A stretch of 64,000 nucleotides of DNA from an uncultured Candidatus Entotheonella sp. (GTDB taxonomy: Bacteria; Tectomicrobia; Entotheonellia; Entotheonellales; Entotheonellaceae): positions 2,240,001 to 2,304,000 of the forward strand of contig OZ244252.1 of the NCBI GenBank assembly GCA_965217185.1. Reading direction: 5' to 3'. The position numbers and the translations under genes were made by a program. Below the pieces are notes generated by a model that had not been told where the DNA came from, did no database searches, and saw only the letters and a list, made by a program, of their open reading frames with translations. Of this stretch, positions 49,882-59,047 are shown piece by piece (the stretch's first letter is position 1; each line of letters opens with the position of its first letter).

Positions 49882-50514
49882 CTAATTCGCTGCAGTATCG
49901 GTTTCTTCGGCGTGTGCCACAACGACTTGGGCGGGGCTGAGCAACCGGCCTTCAAATAGATAGCCGGGCTTGATTTCGGAGACGATGGTATCGGGAGGAT
50001 GGTCGTCGGTGGCGGGAACAGCGGATAGCGCTTCGTGATACGCCGGGTCGAATCGCTCGCCGATGGTGGCGATGGGCTCGACTCCTTGGTCGCGCATGAA
50101 CCCTTCAAACTGCTGCCAGATCATCTGAACGCCCTGCCTGACGGCGTCGGCGTCCTGGTCGGCGTGCCGCAAAGCGAGATACATGTTGCCCAGGATGGGT
50201 AGCAGTGCCTGCAGGAGGTCAGCCTTGCCGCGGCTGGCGGCCTGTAACTTTTCCTGCGTGGCCCGCCGTCGGTAGTTGTCGAGATCAGCCCGCGAGCGCT
50301 GCAAGCCGTCTAGGTACGAATCTCTCTCTTGTTGCAGCTGGGCCAGTTGGTCTTCCAGGGACTCAAGTTCTGGGTGGTCAGCCTCGACTTGTGGGGCCTC
50401 GTCCTCATTCTGGGCTTCTGCGGTTGCCACCCTGGCTTGCTCGTCTAGTTCCTCGGCATCCTCAGTTTCCTCGGCCTGGGAATCGGGCGCCGTTTCTTGC
50501 TCTTTCGTGTCCAT
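49882..50514 (-). CDS. grpE: Nucleotide exchange factor GrpE
   Basis: RSRADLDNYRRR, LLPIL, FDPAYHEA, GY and LLSPAQVVV. Confidence 0.94.
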   Translation of the reverse strand: MDTKEQETAPDSQAEETEDAEELDEQARVATAEAQNEDEAPQVEADHPELESLEDQLAQLQQERDSYLDGLQRSRADLDNYRRRATQEKLQAASRGKADLLQALLPILGNMYLALRHADQDADAVRQGVQMIWQQFEGFMRDQGVEPIATIGERFDPAYHEALSAVPATDDHPPDTIVSEIKPGYLFEGRLLSPAQVVVAHAEETDTAAN

Positions 50515-50552
50515 CTACTCACCCTTCTTGACGCTGCATGGTACTCACGGAA

Positions 50553-50637
50553 GGTCGGATCAAGTCCGCTGACCCTCGGCGGCCAGCCCCGGATACAGTC
50601 CGGGGCCGCTTGATTCCGGGTCAGACCCGGAATCAAG
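50553..50637. repeat. Cluster of REP-like palindromes between dnaK and grpE
   Basis: CGGATCAAGTCCG, GCCCCGGA-TACAG-TCCGGGGC (50586-50606) and CTTGATTCCGGGTC-A-GACCCGGAATCAAG (50609-50637). Confidence 0.65.
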
Positions 50638-50653
50638 ATTCGTCAGACCTTCC

Positions 50654-52558
50654 TTACTTCACATCCTCGAATTCGGCGTCGACAACCTCGCCGCCGTCCT
50701 TCCTCGTCTTGGCCGAGCCGGACGGCTGTTCGGCCCCATCCCCGTCGGGGTTCTGGGCGGCGGCCTGTTTGTACATCGCCTCGGCGAGCTTGTGTGAATT
50801 CTCCGTAATGCGGTCGCGGGTCTTTTCCATGGCGGCCACGTCGTCACCCTTCAACGCCTCGCGGCCTTCTTCCAGGGCGCTTTCCAAAGCGCTCTTGTCC
50901 TCGGGCGACAGATTGTCGCCGTGATCCTTGAGGGTCTTCTCGGTCTGATAGATCAGCGAGTCGAGCTGGTTTCTGGCCTCGACCGCCTTGCGCCGGTCGG
51001 CGTCCTCTTGGGCGTGCGCCTCAGCGTCGCCCACCATCTCGTCCACTTCGTCCTTACCCAGCCCGCCGGAACCGGTGATGGTAATTTCCTGCTCCTTGCC
51101 GGTGCCGAGGTCCTTGGCCTTGACGCTGACGATGCCGTTGGCGTCGATGTCAAAGGTCACCTCGATTTGGGGGACGCCGCGCGGTGCGGCCGGGATGCCT
51201 TCAAGGTGGAAGCGGCCCAGGGTGCGGTTGCCCTGCGCCATTTCGCGCTCACCCTGCAAGACGTGAATCTCGACGCTCGGCTGGTTGTCCGCGGCGGTGG
51301 AGAACGTCTGGCTTTCGCGTTTTGGAATGGTGGTGTTGCGTTCGATCAACTTGGTCATGACGCCGCCGAGGGTTTCGATGCCAAGGGACAACGGCGTTAC
51401 GTCCAGCAGCAGGACGTCCTTCACGTCGCCCGCCAGCACGCCGCCCTGCACCGAGGCGCCGATGGCGACCACTTCGTCCGGGTTGACGCTCTTGTTCGGG
51501 GCCTTGCCGAACAGGCGCTCGACCGCTTGCTGCACCAGCGGTACGCGGGTGGAACCGCCGACCAGCACCACTTCGTCGATGCTGCTGGGCGACAGATTGG
51601 CGTCCTTCAGTGCTTGCTTGCACGGCGTGATGCTGCGCTCGACGAGGTCCTCGACCATCTGCTCGAATTTGGCCCTGCTGAGCTTGGTAAGGAGGTGTTT
51701 CGGGCCGCTGGCGTCGGCGGTGATGAAGGGCAGGTTGATCTCGGTTTCGGCCACGGAAGACAGTTCGCACTTAGCCTTCTCGGCGGCCTCCTTCAGGCGT
51801 TGCATGCCCATCGGGTCACCGCTCAGGTTGATGCCCTGGTCGCGCTTGAATTCGTCCACCAGCCAATCAATGATGCGCTGGTCGAAGTTGTCGCCGCCGA
51901 GGTGGGTGTCGCCATTGGTGGCTTTCACCTCAACGACATTGTCGCCGACGTCCAGGATGGAAATGTCGAAGGTACCGCCGCCAAAGTCGTACACGGCGAT
52001 GGTTTCGTCGGTTTTCTTGTCGAGGCCGTAGGCCAGGGCTGCGGCGGTGGGTTCGTTGATGATGCGCTTCACGTCCAGCCCGGCGATCTGGCCGGCGTCC
52101 TTGGTGGCCTGCCGTTGGCTGTCGTTGAAATAGGCAGGGGTGGTGATGACGGCCTCGGTGACTTTCTCGCCCAGGTAATCCTCGGCGGCTTCCTTGAGCT
52201 TCTGCAGTATCATGGCCGAAATCTCCGGCGGCGCAAATTCCTTGTCATCAATCTTGACGCGGGCGTCGCCGCTGCCGGACGCCTGGACCTGATAGGGCAC
52301 CATGCCCCTTTCTTCGCTGACTTCGTTGAAGCGGCGTCCCATGAAGCGTTTGATCGAGTAAACCGTTTTTTCGGGATTGGTGACCGCTTGACGGCGCGCA
52401 ATTTGCCCCACGAGGCGTTCGCCGTCCTTGGTGAAGGCGACCACGGACGGGGTGATGCGGTTGCCTTCGCGATTGGCGATAACAGTCGGTTCGCTGCCTT
52501 CCATCACCGCCACGACCGAGTTGGTGGTGCCTAAGTCGATTCCGATGATCTTGCCCAT
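50654..52558 (-). CDS. dnaK: Chaperone DnaK (Hsp70)
   Basis: [43 protein letters not shown] and [10 protein letters not shown]. Confidence 0.99.
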   Translation of the reverse strand: MGKIIGIDLGTTNSVVAVMEGSEPTVIANREGNRITPSVVAFTKDGERLVGQIARRQAVTNPEKTVYSIKRFMGRRFNEVSEERGMVPYQVQASGSGDARVKIDDKEFAPPEISAMILQKLKEAAEDYLGEKVTEAVITTPAYFNDSQRQATKDAGQIAGLDVKRIINEPTAAALAYGLDKKTDETIAVYDFGGGTFDISILDVGDNVVEVKATNGDTHLGGDNFDQRIIDWLVDEFKRDQGINLSGDPMGMQRLKEAAEKAKCELSSVAETEINLPFITADASGPKHLLTKLSRAKFEQMVEDLVERSITPCKQALKDANLSPSSIDEVVLVGGSTRVPLVQQAVERLFGKAPNKSVNPDEVVAIGASVQGGVLAGDVKDVLLLDVTPLSLGIETLGGVMTKLIERNTTIPKRESQTFSTAADNQPSVEIHVLQGEREMAQGNRTLGRFHLEGIPAAPRGVPQIEVTFDIDANGIVSVKAKDLGTGKEQEITITGSGGLGKDEVDEMVGDAEAHAQEDADRRKAVEARNQLDSLIYQTEKTLKDHGDNLSPEDKSALESALEEGREALKGDDVAAMEKTRDRITENSHKLAEAMYKQAAAQNPDGDGAEQPSGSAKTRKDGGEVVDAEFEDVK

Positions 52559-52687
52559 GACGTCTAGTCCTCCTGCAAACGCTTATTGCGCGGATAGGTG
52601 CTCAAACGGTTCTGTGAGGTTCAATAGCCGGTTCGTTCGGCGTGTCTGAGATAAGGGTGATGAATCGCCAATCATGCGGATTGGCGA

Positions 52688-52717
52688 AATATATTTCTTG
52701 AGTCGATTATTGTCAAG
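52688..52717 (-). promoter_or_regulatory. Sigma70-type dnaK promoter overlapped by a HAIR-like (HspR) operator
   Basis: Minus strand TTGACA-17 bp-TATATT; CTTGAGT-N7-TGTCAAG at 52697-52717 versus HAIR consensus CTTGAGT-N7-ACTCAAG. Confidence 0.75.
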
Positions 52718-52754
52718 TTAGGCGAGATGAACACCCGGCTCATGCCCGTCGTGT

Positions 52755-52994
52755 TTAGCCCGGCCGCAGAATTTCGGTGATCTGGTCCAGGTAGTAGCCG
52801 CGGAATTCGGCAAGCATCATGGCCAGCATCAACAAGGTCAGAAGCATGACAAAACCCAGGACCGCCAAGCCGGGAAGATTTCGCTCCATCATGCGCAGCA
52901 CGCGGTCGCGCGTCACCTCGCGCTCTTCGGCGGCGGTGTCCCCTTTCCCCGCCGTGTAGCTCCAAAACGTGCGGGGCATTTTGTTCCTGAACAT
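52755..52994 (-). CDS. Small single-TM hypothetical protein
   Basis: ATG after GAAGGAAG; one hydrophobic helix. Confidence 0.55.
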   Translation of the reverse strand: MFRNKMPRTFWSYTAGKGDTAAEEREVTRDRVLRMMERNLPGLAVLGFVMLLTLLMLAMMLAEFRGYYLDQITEILRPG

Positions 52995-53208
52995 GGCTGA
53001 CTTCCTTCTCCGAATTCTTGACAACTTTGGGGTTGAGGATCCCGTGAGGGGTGTCCCTGCGCTGGCAAGGCAGCAGCTTCAAAGCAGGATTATAACGTGT
53101 TTTTCGATCTGTGACCTGCGGTCGGAGGAACCGCCTCGCCGCCGGGTGAAAGGCGTGGTGGTATACTTGCGGGCCTTATTGGTTTCTTCCAAGCGAGTGT
53201 GAAATCCC

Positions 53209-54921
53209 ATGGATATCTTTGTCCTGAAAGCCTTTGTCGATGAACTGGCGCGCTGCCTGCCCGGTTCGCGGGTGTCGAAGGTATTTCAACTCAGCCCCGA
53301 CGACCTCCTGCTGCGATTGTGGCGTCATCGTGACCAGCGGCTTTTGCTCTCCATTCATCCCACTGGGCAGCGCCTGCATCTCGTCACGGAGCGGTTCGAG
53401 GCACCGCCGCGCCCGCCACGTTTTGCCGCCCTGTTACGTGCCCGCTTACGGCGGGCGCGGTTGCAGTCGGTGACCGTGCAGCCTTATGAGCGGGTGGCCA
53501 CGCTTGCTTGGCAGCAAGCCGACGAGGCGACGCCGTCATTGTGGCTGATTCACGAGTTGCAGGGCTCGCAGGCCAACCTCCTGTTGGTGGACGCGGAGGG
53601 TGTGGTGATCGACGCGCTCAAGCATGTGCCGGCATTGTCGTCGCAGAGCCGCCCCGCGTTGCCGGGAGCTTCCTATGCGCCGCGCCCCGTGCCATCGCAG
53701 CGGGTATTGCTACCCGACCTGACGACTGACCATCTGGATCTGTTGCAGGCGCAGGATGCGTGGAATGCCGCCAGCCTGAATCGCCTCGTCGTTGGCCTGT
53801 CACCGCTACTGGCTACGGAGTTGGTGCATCGTTACCCGAACGACACCCGAGCGTGTTGGGAACAGTTGAACGCATTACGGCAGGATTACGACAACCAGAC
53901 ATTGCCTCTATACCGTTGCACGGCGCCGGACGGCCGGCAGCACGTCAGCGTTCTGCCGTTGGACCATGCCGGGTATCGTGCCGAGCCGCTGGCCAATGCG
54001 CAAGCAGCCATGGCGGCCATCTCCCAGCCAGCCCTGGTGTCTACCGCGTTGGACGAGGCGCGTACCGGCGTGCGCAAGACGCTGCGCCGACGGTTGCAAA
54101 AGCTCGGCAGGAAAGTCGATCACCTCAATCGAGACCGGGAGAAGCTGAAAGGCTATGAGCCGTACCAGCGCTACGGGACGCTGCTCCTTACCCAGCGACT
54201 GCCGCGCGGATCGACGTGTGCCACGGTGACCGATTACTACAACCCAGAGCAGGAAACCATTCGCATCCCGCTCGACCCTCGCCTGTCCATTCACGAAAAC
54301 GCGCAGGCGTACTTCAAGAAATACCGCAAGACCAAGACCGGCCTGAGCAAGATCGAAACGTTGTTGCAAGAGTGTACGGAGGAGGAGGAATACCTCGAAG
54401 GATTGACCCAGCAAGTGGCGACGGCCGAGGACTGGCCCACCCTGGAGGAAATCGAGGCAGAACTCGGCGACAAACGGCAAGCGGGTCCGGCACGATCCTC
54501 TATCCGCCCTCGCGTTGCCGCTACGCAGCCTTACCGAACGTTTGCGCTGTCCGGCGGGTACACCCTCTTTTGCGGCAAAAGCAACCACGGCAATGACGCG
54601 CTTGTGCGCCAGGTGGCGGCGCCCGACGACCTGTGGTTCCACGCCCACGGGCATGCCGGGGCGCACGTGGTGCTCAAGGCGCCGAGCGGTGGGGCGGTGC
54701 CCGATGAAACCCTGCGCGCCGCGGCCGGTCTTGCCGCTTACTACAGCAAGGGTAAGGACGCCGCGACCGTGGAAGTGGTGTATACGTCCGTCAAGCACGT
54801 GCGCAAGTTTCGCGGCGCGCGGCCCGGTCAGGTGCAGGTGAACAACTTTCGGACACTAGAAGCCGCGCCAGGGCTCCCCGCAACGCCTAAACTGAGCGAA
54901 CTCGAAGAGGTGCCGTCGTGA
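53209..54921 (+). CDS. rqcH: RqcH/NFACT (Rqc2/FbpA) ribosome quality-control protein
   Basis: MD..., ERV, ELQG...NLLL, NAQAYFKKYRK, GKSN..ND, LWFHA...GAHVV and AAYYSK. Confidence 0.9.
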   Translation: MDIFVLKAFVDELARCLPGSRVSKVFQLSPDDLLLRLWRHRDQRLLLSIHPTGQRLHLVTERFEAPPRPPRFAALLRARLRRARLQSVTVQPYERVATLAWQQADEATPSLWLIHELQGSQANLLLVDAEGVVIDALKHVPALSSQSRPALPGASYAPRPVPSQRVLLPDLTTDHLDLLQAQDAWNAASLNRLVVGLSPLLATELVHRYPNDTRACWEQLNALRQDYDNQTLPLYRCTAPDGRQHVSVLPLDHAGYRAEPLANAQAAMAAISQPALVSTALDEARTGVRKTLRRRLQKLGRKVDHLNRDREKLKGYEPYQRYGTLLLTQRLPRGSTCATVTDYYNPEQETIRIPLDPRLSIHENAQAYFKKYRKTKTGLSKIETLLQECTEEEEYLEGLTQQVATAEDWPTLEEIEAELGDKRQAGPARSSIRPRVAATQPYRTFALSGGYTLFCGKSNHGNDALVRQVAAPDDLWFHAHGHAGAHVVLKAPSGGAVPDETLRAAAGLAAYYSKGKDAATVEVVYTSVKHVRKFRGARPGQVQVNNFRTLEAAPGLPATPKLSELEEVPS

Positions 54922-55661
54922 AGTACGCGATTATCTCCGACCTGCATGCCAATCTCGAAGCCTTGCAAACGGTATTGGATGACGCATCGTCCAGAGTCGA
55001 CAACGTCGTCTGCCTTGGGGATATTGTCGGGTATAACGCCAACCCGCACGAGTGCCTGCGCCTGGTCCGGGAGACCTGCGCCGTCGTCATCGCGGGCAAC
55101 CACGACCAAGCGGCCTGCGGCATGCGGCGCTATGATGACTTCAACGAATGGGCGCGGGAAGCGATGGACTGGACGCGGCAGCAACTCAGCGCCGCGGAAG
55201 TGGGATATCTGAAGGCCCTGCCCGGCACGGCGCCGTTCGGCAACGGTTGGTTGGCGGCGCATGGCTCGCCACGCGACACGGACGAATACCTCTTCGACGC
55301 ATTGGGCTTTGAGATGGCGTTTGACAGCCTGCAGCGGCTTCGACCCGAGATGCGCGGCTGCTTCGTCGGTCACACCCATTTGCCGATGATCTGGGCGTGC
55401 AGTTCCGAGGGGCGAGTGGTTCAGGTGAGGGCTGAGTCGCGGACCGTTAGGCTGGACCCGGCGTGCCGCTACATCGTCAATCCGGGCAGCGTCGGCCAAC
55501 CGCGCAGCGGCAATCCCCTGGCGGCGTACGCGATTCTGGACGATGAAGCGGCCATGGTCGAGTTTCGCCGCGTCCCCTACGACATCCCCGCGGCGCAAGA
55601 GAAGATCTACGATGCCATGCTGCCGCCGTTGCTGGCGGAGCGATTGGCGATTGGCCGTTAG
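54918..55661 (+). CDS. Metallophosphoesterase (calcineurin-like)
   Basis: SDLHAN, GDIVGY, GNHD, HGSP, GHTH and NPGSVGQPR. Confidence 0.92.
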   Translation: MKYAIISDLHANLEALQTVLDDASSRVDNVVCLGDIVGYNANPHECLRLVRETCAVVIAGNHDQAACGMRRYDDFNEWAREAMDWTRQQLSAAEVGYLKALPGTAPFGNGWLAAHGSPRDTDEYLFDALGFEMAFDSLQRLRPEMRGCFVGHTHLPMIWACSSEGRVVQVRAESRTVRLDPACRYIVNPGSVGQPRSGNPLAAYAILDDEAAMVEFRRVPYDIPAAQEKIYDAMLPPLLAERLAIGR

Positions 55662-55672
55662 CCGGCGGATCG

Positions 55673-55703
55673 GTAGGTCAGATTAGCAAAGCGTAATCCG
55701 ACA
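55673..55703. repeat. GTAG-type REP element between convergent genes
   Basis: GTAG followed by the imperfect palindrome GTCAGATTA-gcaaagcg-TAATCCGAC. Confidence 0.65.
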
Positions 55704-55715
55704 TCCCACTGCGAA

Positions 55716-57356
55716 TCAGTTTTCGACCAGCGCGCCGCTCCTGCGCCTGACCAGCAGGTGCCATGCCGAGTCGGCGATCTCCACAATTCCTTCCATCGTC
55801 TTCCGATACAGGCGCTGCACCGGCACCTCGTCGATCGTCAGACCTTCGAGACCCTCGCCGTTTCTGGCGAGGCGGATCTCCTGCCCAGGGTGCATGCGGC
55901 GAATGATCTCGTACTCATCCGGGCCGGTACCGATGAGAAATTCACGCCGTTTCCGCCCGATAACCGCCTGCAGCAGCACGATGCTGTTGAGGGGCTCGCC
56001 CTTTGGGCTGAAGCGCGTTGTTGCGCAGTGGAATCGCCCCTTGATACGATCGCGCTCGGCGAACAGCGCCTCCAGAGACATGCCTCTCGGCTTCGGCGCC
56101 GCCAGCAATGGCAGTGAAGTCGGCTTGAACGGCGCGCGCTGGGCATTTTGGTAGTGTTCCGTCTTTTCCAGCAGAGTCACGACGTTGTTGTTGATCGGCC
56201 CGCCGATCGATTGGGACAACGCCATCTGATAGGCCGGCGTGTCCATCAGCATCTGATGGTTCTCCACCACCTGCACCATGCCGGTGGCACCAAGCGGATG
56301 TCCGCGCGCCAACAGGCCGCCGCTCAGGTTGGTCGGAAAGCGTCCTTGCGGGCCGGTGATGTCCTCGTCCAACAGGGCCGTCAGGCAGGCGTCGCGGTCG
56401 ATCAATCCCAAGTCCACGAGGTTAACCGGTCCGAAGCTGCTGAACGGGTCGTGCATGTTGACGTACAGCTCGCCCGCCAAGTCGCGGATGTCGAGTATCC
56501 CGGCCATGCCGTAGGCGTAGCGCGAGGCCATGACGGTGGCCGGGAAGCTGTCAAAGCGCCCGCGGTCGGCAATGGTAGGCAGGTCGGTGGCCGAGCCGAC
56601 GCCGACCACCTGCACTGGCTGCGGCTCGGCGGTCAGGATGCACGCCGCCACGGCGTCCGACATGGGGCAGCAGTCATACAGCCGCAGCGGGTCGTAATAC
56701 ACCCAATTGCGCCCGCTGTGGCTGTCGTCCATGTAGGTTTCCACGGGCAGGGGAAAGTTGAGGTGCGCCTCCTCGCGCCCGGCGGCGTAACGGTGCGCGC
56801 GCTCGGCCCATTGCGCGGCCAGTCCCATCCAGGCTTCCTCACTGAGCTTCAGCTCGTGCATGAGACTCTTCGCCACCAAGGCGCCGCAGGCCGGCATGGT
56901 GAGTCCGTATTCCGCTTCCTCGCGGTCGATCACCCCGGCGATGATCCGCGTGGCGTCCTCCGTGTTCACGTCGGTCATTTTCTGAATGCCCAACGCCAAC
57001 ACGTGATCGTAACGACCCGATGCCACCTCCAGGTAGGCGTTTTCAAAGGCGCTCGCACCGGAGCTTGAGGCCGTGTCGATCAGCACCGACTTGGCGCCGC
57101 TGATTCCCAGCAAGCCTGAAATCTTGGCCGCCACGTTATCCATGTTGTTGAACGCGAAAGGATTCTGACTGCCCACCACCACCGCCTCGATTTCCTCGCG
57201 GCGCACTGAGCTGTCGTCGAATATCTCGCTCACCTGTTCGGCAAGCTCGACGAACGTCCGCTTTTGCAGATGACGCCCGTTGTATTTCCCCACGCGGCTC
57301 ATGTACGACGACGCAACATACACGCCACGGGCTTGGAAGGCATGCAACCCACTCAT
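55716..57356 (-). CDS. SCP-x/archaeal-type thiolase-family protein with Ser at the catalytic Cys position and a C-terminal extension
   Basis: IDTASSSG, PLRLYDCCPMSD, MHDPF, NLSGGLLARGHPLGATG, plus about 140 extra C-terminal residues. Confidence 0.85.
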   Translation of the reverse strand: MSGLHAFQARGVYVASSYMSRVGKYNGRHLQKRTFVELAEQVSEIFDDSSVRREEIEAVVVGSQNPFAFNNMDNVAAKISGLLGISGAKSVLIDTASSSGASAFENAYLEVASGRYDHVLALGIQKMTDVNTEDATRIIAGVIDREEAEYGLTMPACGALVAKSLMHELKLSEEAWMGLAAQWAERAHRYAAGREEAHLNFPLPVETYMDDSHSGRNWVYYDPLRLYDCCPMSDAVAACILTAEPQPVQVVGVGSATDLPTIADRGRFDSFPATVMASRYAYGMAGILDIRDLAGELYVNMHDPFSSFGPVNLVDLGLIDRDACLTALLDEDITGPQGRFPTNLSGGLLARGHPLGATGMVQVVENHQMLMDTPAYQMALSQSIGGPINNNVVTLLEKTEHYQNAQRAPFKPTSLPLLAAPKPRGMSLEALFAERDRIKGRFHCATTRFSPKGEPLNSIVLLQAVIGRKRREFLIGTGPDEYEIIRRMHPGQEIRLARNGEGLEGLTIDEVPVQRLYRKTMEGIVEIADSAWHLLVRRRSGALVEN

Positions 57357-57357
57357 T

Positions 57358-57395
57358 TAATGATCCCCATGTCAGCTAATGATCCCCATGTCAGC
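57358..57395. repeat. Exact 19-bp tandem duplication just upstream of the thiolase start codon
   Basis: TAATGATCCCCATGTCAGC x2. Confidence 0.9.
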
Positions 57396-57581
57396 GGTTT
57401 GGAATGGGGTCTGTTTAACCGAACGATTGCCGGTAGTCAAGCGCGCATCGGGGGCTTGCGTCATCGTCCCGACTCACCGCGCCGTTTGCGCAGAGCCATG
57501 AAAGGTGCTACGGTGTGCGGCTCGAATCATGTATGGCCGCGAACGGTTTGGCGCCCTATTTCCGGGTGGTGGAGGCCTCCT

Positions 57582-58754
57582 ATGGATTTGCGATTTTCTC
57601 CTGAAGACGAGCAGTACCGACTGAAGTTGCGAACTTGGCTTGAGGCCAACATGCCGACGGAGGCGCCGCCCTCGAATCAGGACGCCGATTTCGCCTTCCG
57701 GCGTGTCTGGCAGCGCAAGCTCTACGACGGCGGCTGGGTTGGCATCAACTGGCCCAAGGAATACGGCGGCCAAGGCGCCACACTGATCGAGCAGGCCATC
57801 TATGCGCAGGAGATGACCCGCGCCCGCGCCCCGCAGCCCGCCAATGGCCTGGGCATCGGCATCGTCGGTCCCACCCTCATGGAGCACGGCACCGAGACCC
57901 AGAAGCAGCGCTTCATCCCCAAAATTCTCAACGCCGACGAAATCTGGTGCCAGGGTTTCTCGGAACCCAACTCCGGTTCGGATTTGGCGTCGCTGCAGAC
58001 CAAGGCCGTGCTGGACGGGGATGACTTCGTGGTCAACGGCCAGAAAATCTGGACCAGCCTCGGGCAGTATGCCGACTGGTGCATTCTGTTGGTGCGCACC
58101 GACACCGACGCCCCCAAACACCGCGGTATTTCCTACCTGCTGGTCGATATGCGAAGCCCCGGCGTTACCGTGCGTCCCCTGAAACAGATCACCGGCAATT
58201 CCGAGTTCAATGAGACCTTTTTCGACAACGTGCGGGTGCCGAAGCAGAACCTGATCGGCGAGATGAACGAGGGCTGGCGCATCGCCATGACCACCCTGAC
58301 TTACGAGCGCGGTATCTCCTCGCTGGCCACCCAGGTACGCATCAAGCAACAACTCGACGGCATGATCGGCTACGCCAGCAAGACGCGGCGCAACGGCGGC
58401 ACCTTGTCGGAGGACCCGGTGTTGCGGCAGGACTTGGCGCAGGCGCACATCCGCGTTGAGATCATGCTGCTCAACCTATACCGCGGCATCACGAGCCGCC
58501 TGCGGGGGCAGCCGCCCGGCCCGGAAGCGTCGCTGGACAAACTGTACTGGAGCGAATTGGACAAGTGGATGCAGGAACTTGGCATGTCGCTTCAGGGGCC
58601 GTATTCGCAGCTTGTGGAAGGCTCCGAACACGCTATTGAGGGTAACTGGCAATACAATTTTCTGCGTAGCCGGGCGGGGACCATCTACTCGGGGACGTCG
58701 GAAATCCAGAAGAACATTATTGGAGAGCGGGTGCTGGGCCTGCCCAAGGGGTAG
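57582..58754 (+). CDS. Acyl-CoA dehydrogenase
   Basis: WPKEYGG, WCQGFSEPNSGSDLASL, NGQKIWTS, EFNETFFD and TIYSGTSEIQKNII. Confidence 0.94.
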   Translation: MDLRFSPEDEQYRLKLRTWLEANMPTEAPPSNQDADFAFRRVWQRKLYDGGWVGINWPKEYGGQGATLIEQAIYAQEMTRARAPQPANGLGIGIVGPTLMEHGTETQKQRFIPKILNADEIWCQGFSEPNSGSDLASLQTKAVLDGDDFVVNGQKIWTSLGQYADWCILLVRTDTDAPKHRGISYLLVDMRSPGVTVRPLKQITGNSEFNETFFDNVRVPKQNLIGEMNEGWRIAMTTLTYERGISSLATQVRIKQQLDGMIGYASKTRRNGGTLSEDPVLRQDLAQAHIRVEIMLLNLYRGITSRLRGQPPGPEASLDKLYWSELDKWMQELGMSLQGPYSQLVEGSEHAIEGNWQYNFLRSRAGTIYSGTSEIQKNIIGERVLGLPKG

Positions 58755-58783
58755 GTTGGCATTGGAAAGGGGCAGGGCAGAAC

Positions 58784-59026
58784 ATGGCTGACGCCAGGAC
58801 GCCGTTCGATTGGAGCGTGATCTTTAGGGTGTTGCTGTGCCTGTTTCTGGGCGGTGGTTTCGTGCTGTTCATCCTCAACAATCGCCTGTTGGAATACGGA
58901 TTCCGGGTGCTTGCGAATCTGGAAGTCCTGATCATGCTGGCGCTGTTGGGAATCCCCTTCCTGTTCGCCCTTGTGCATCTGATACGGAGCTTTTCCCACC
59001 ATCGGTCCGGCGAGCCGCAAGCCTGA
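58784..59026 (+). CDS. Small two-TM hypothetical membrane protein
   Basis: Two hydrophobic helices; fills the gap between genes. Confidence 0.55.
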   Translation: MADARTPFDWSVIFRVLLCLFLGGGFVLFILNNRLLEYGFRVLANLEVLIMLALLGIPFLFALVHLIRSFSHHRSGEPQA

Positions 59027-59047
59027 CGGCCATCGCTGGGCCGACCT

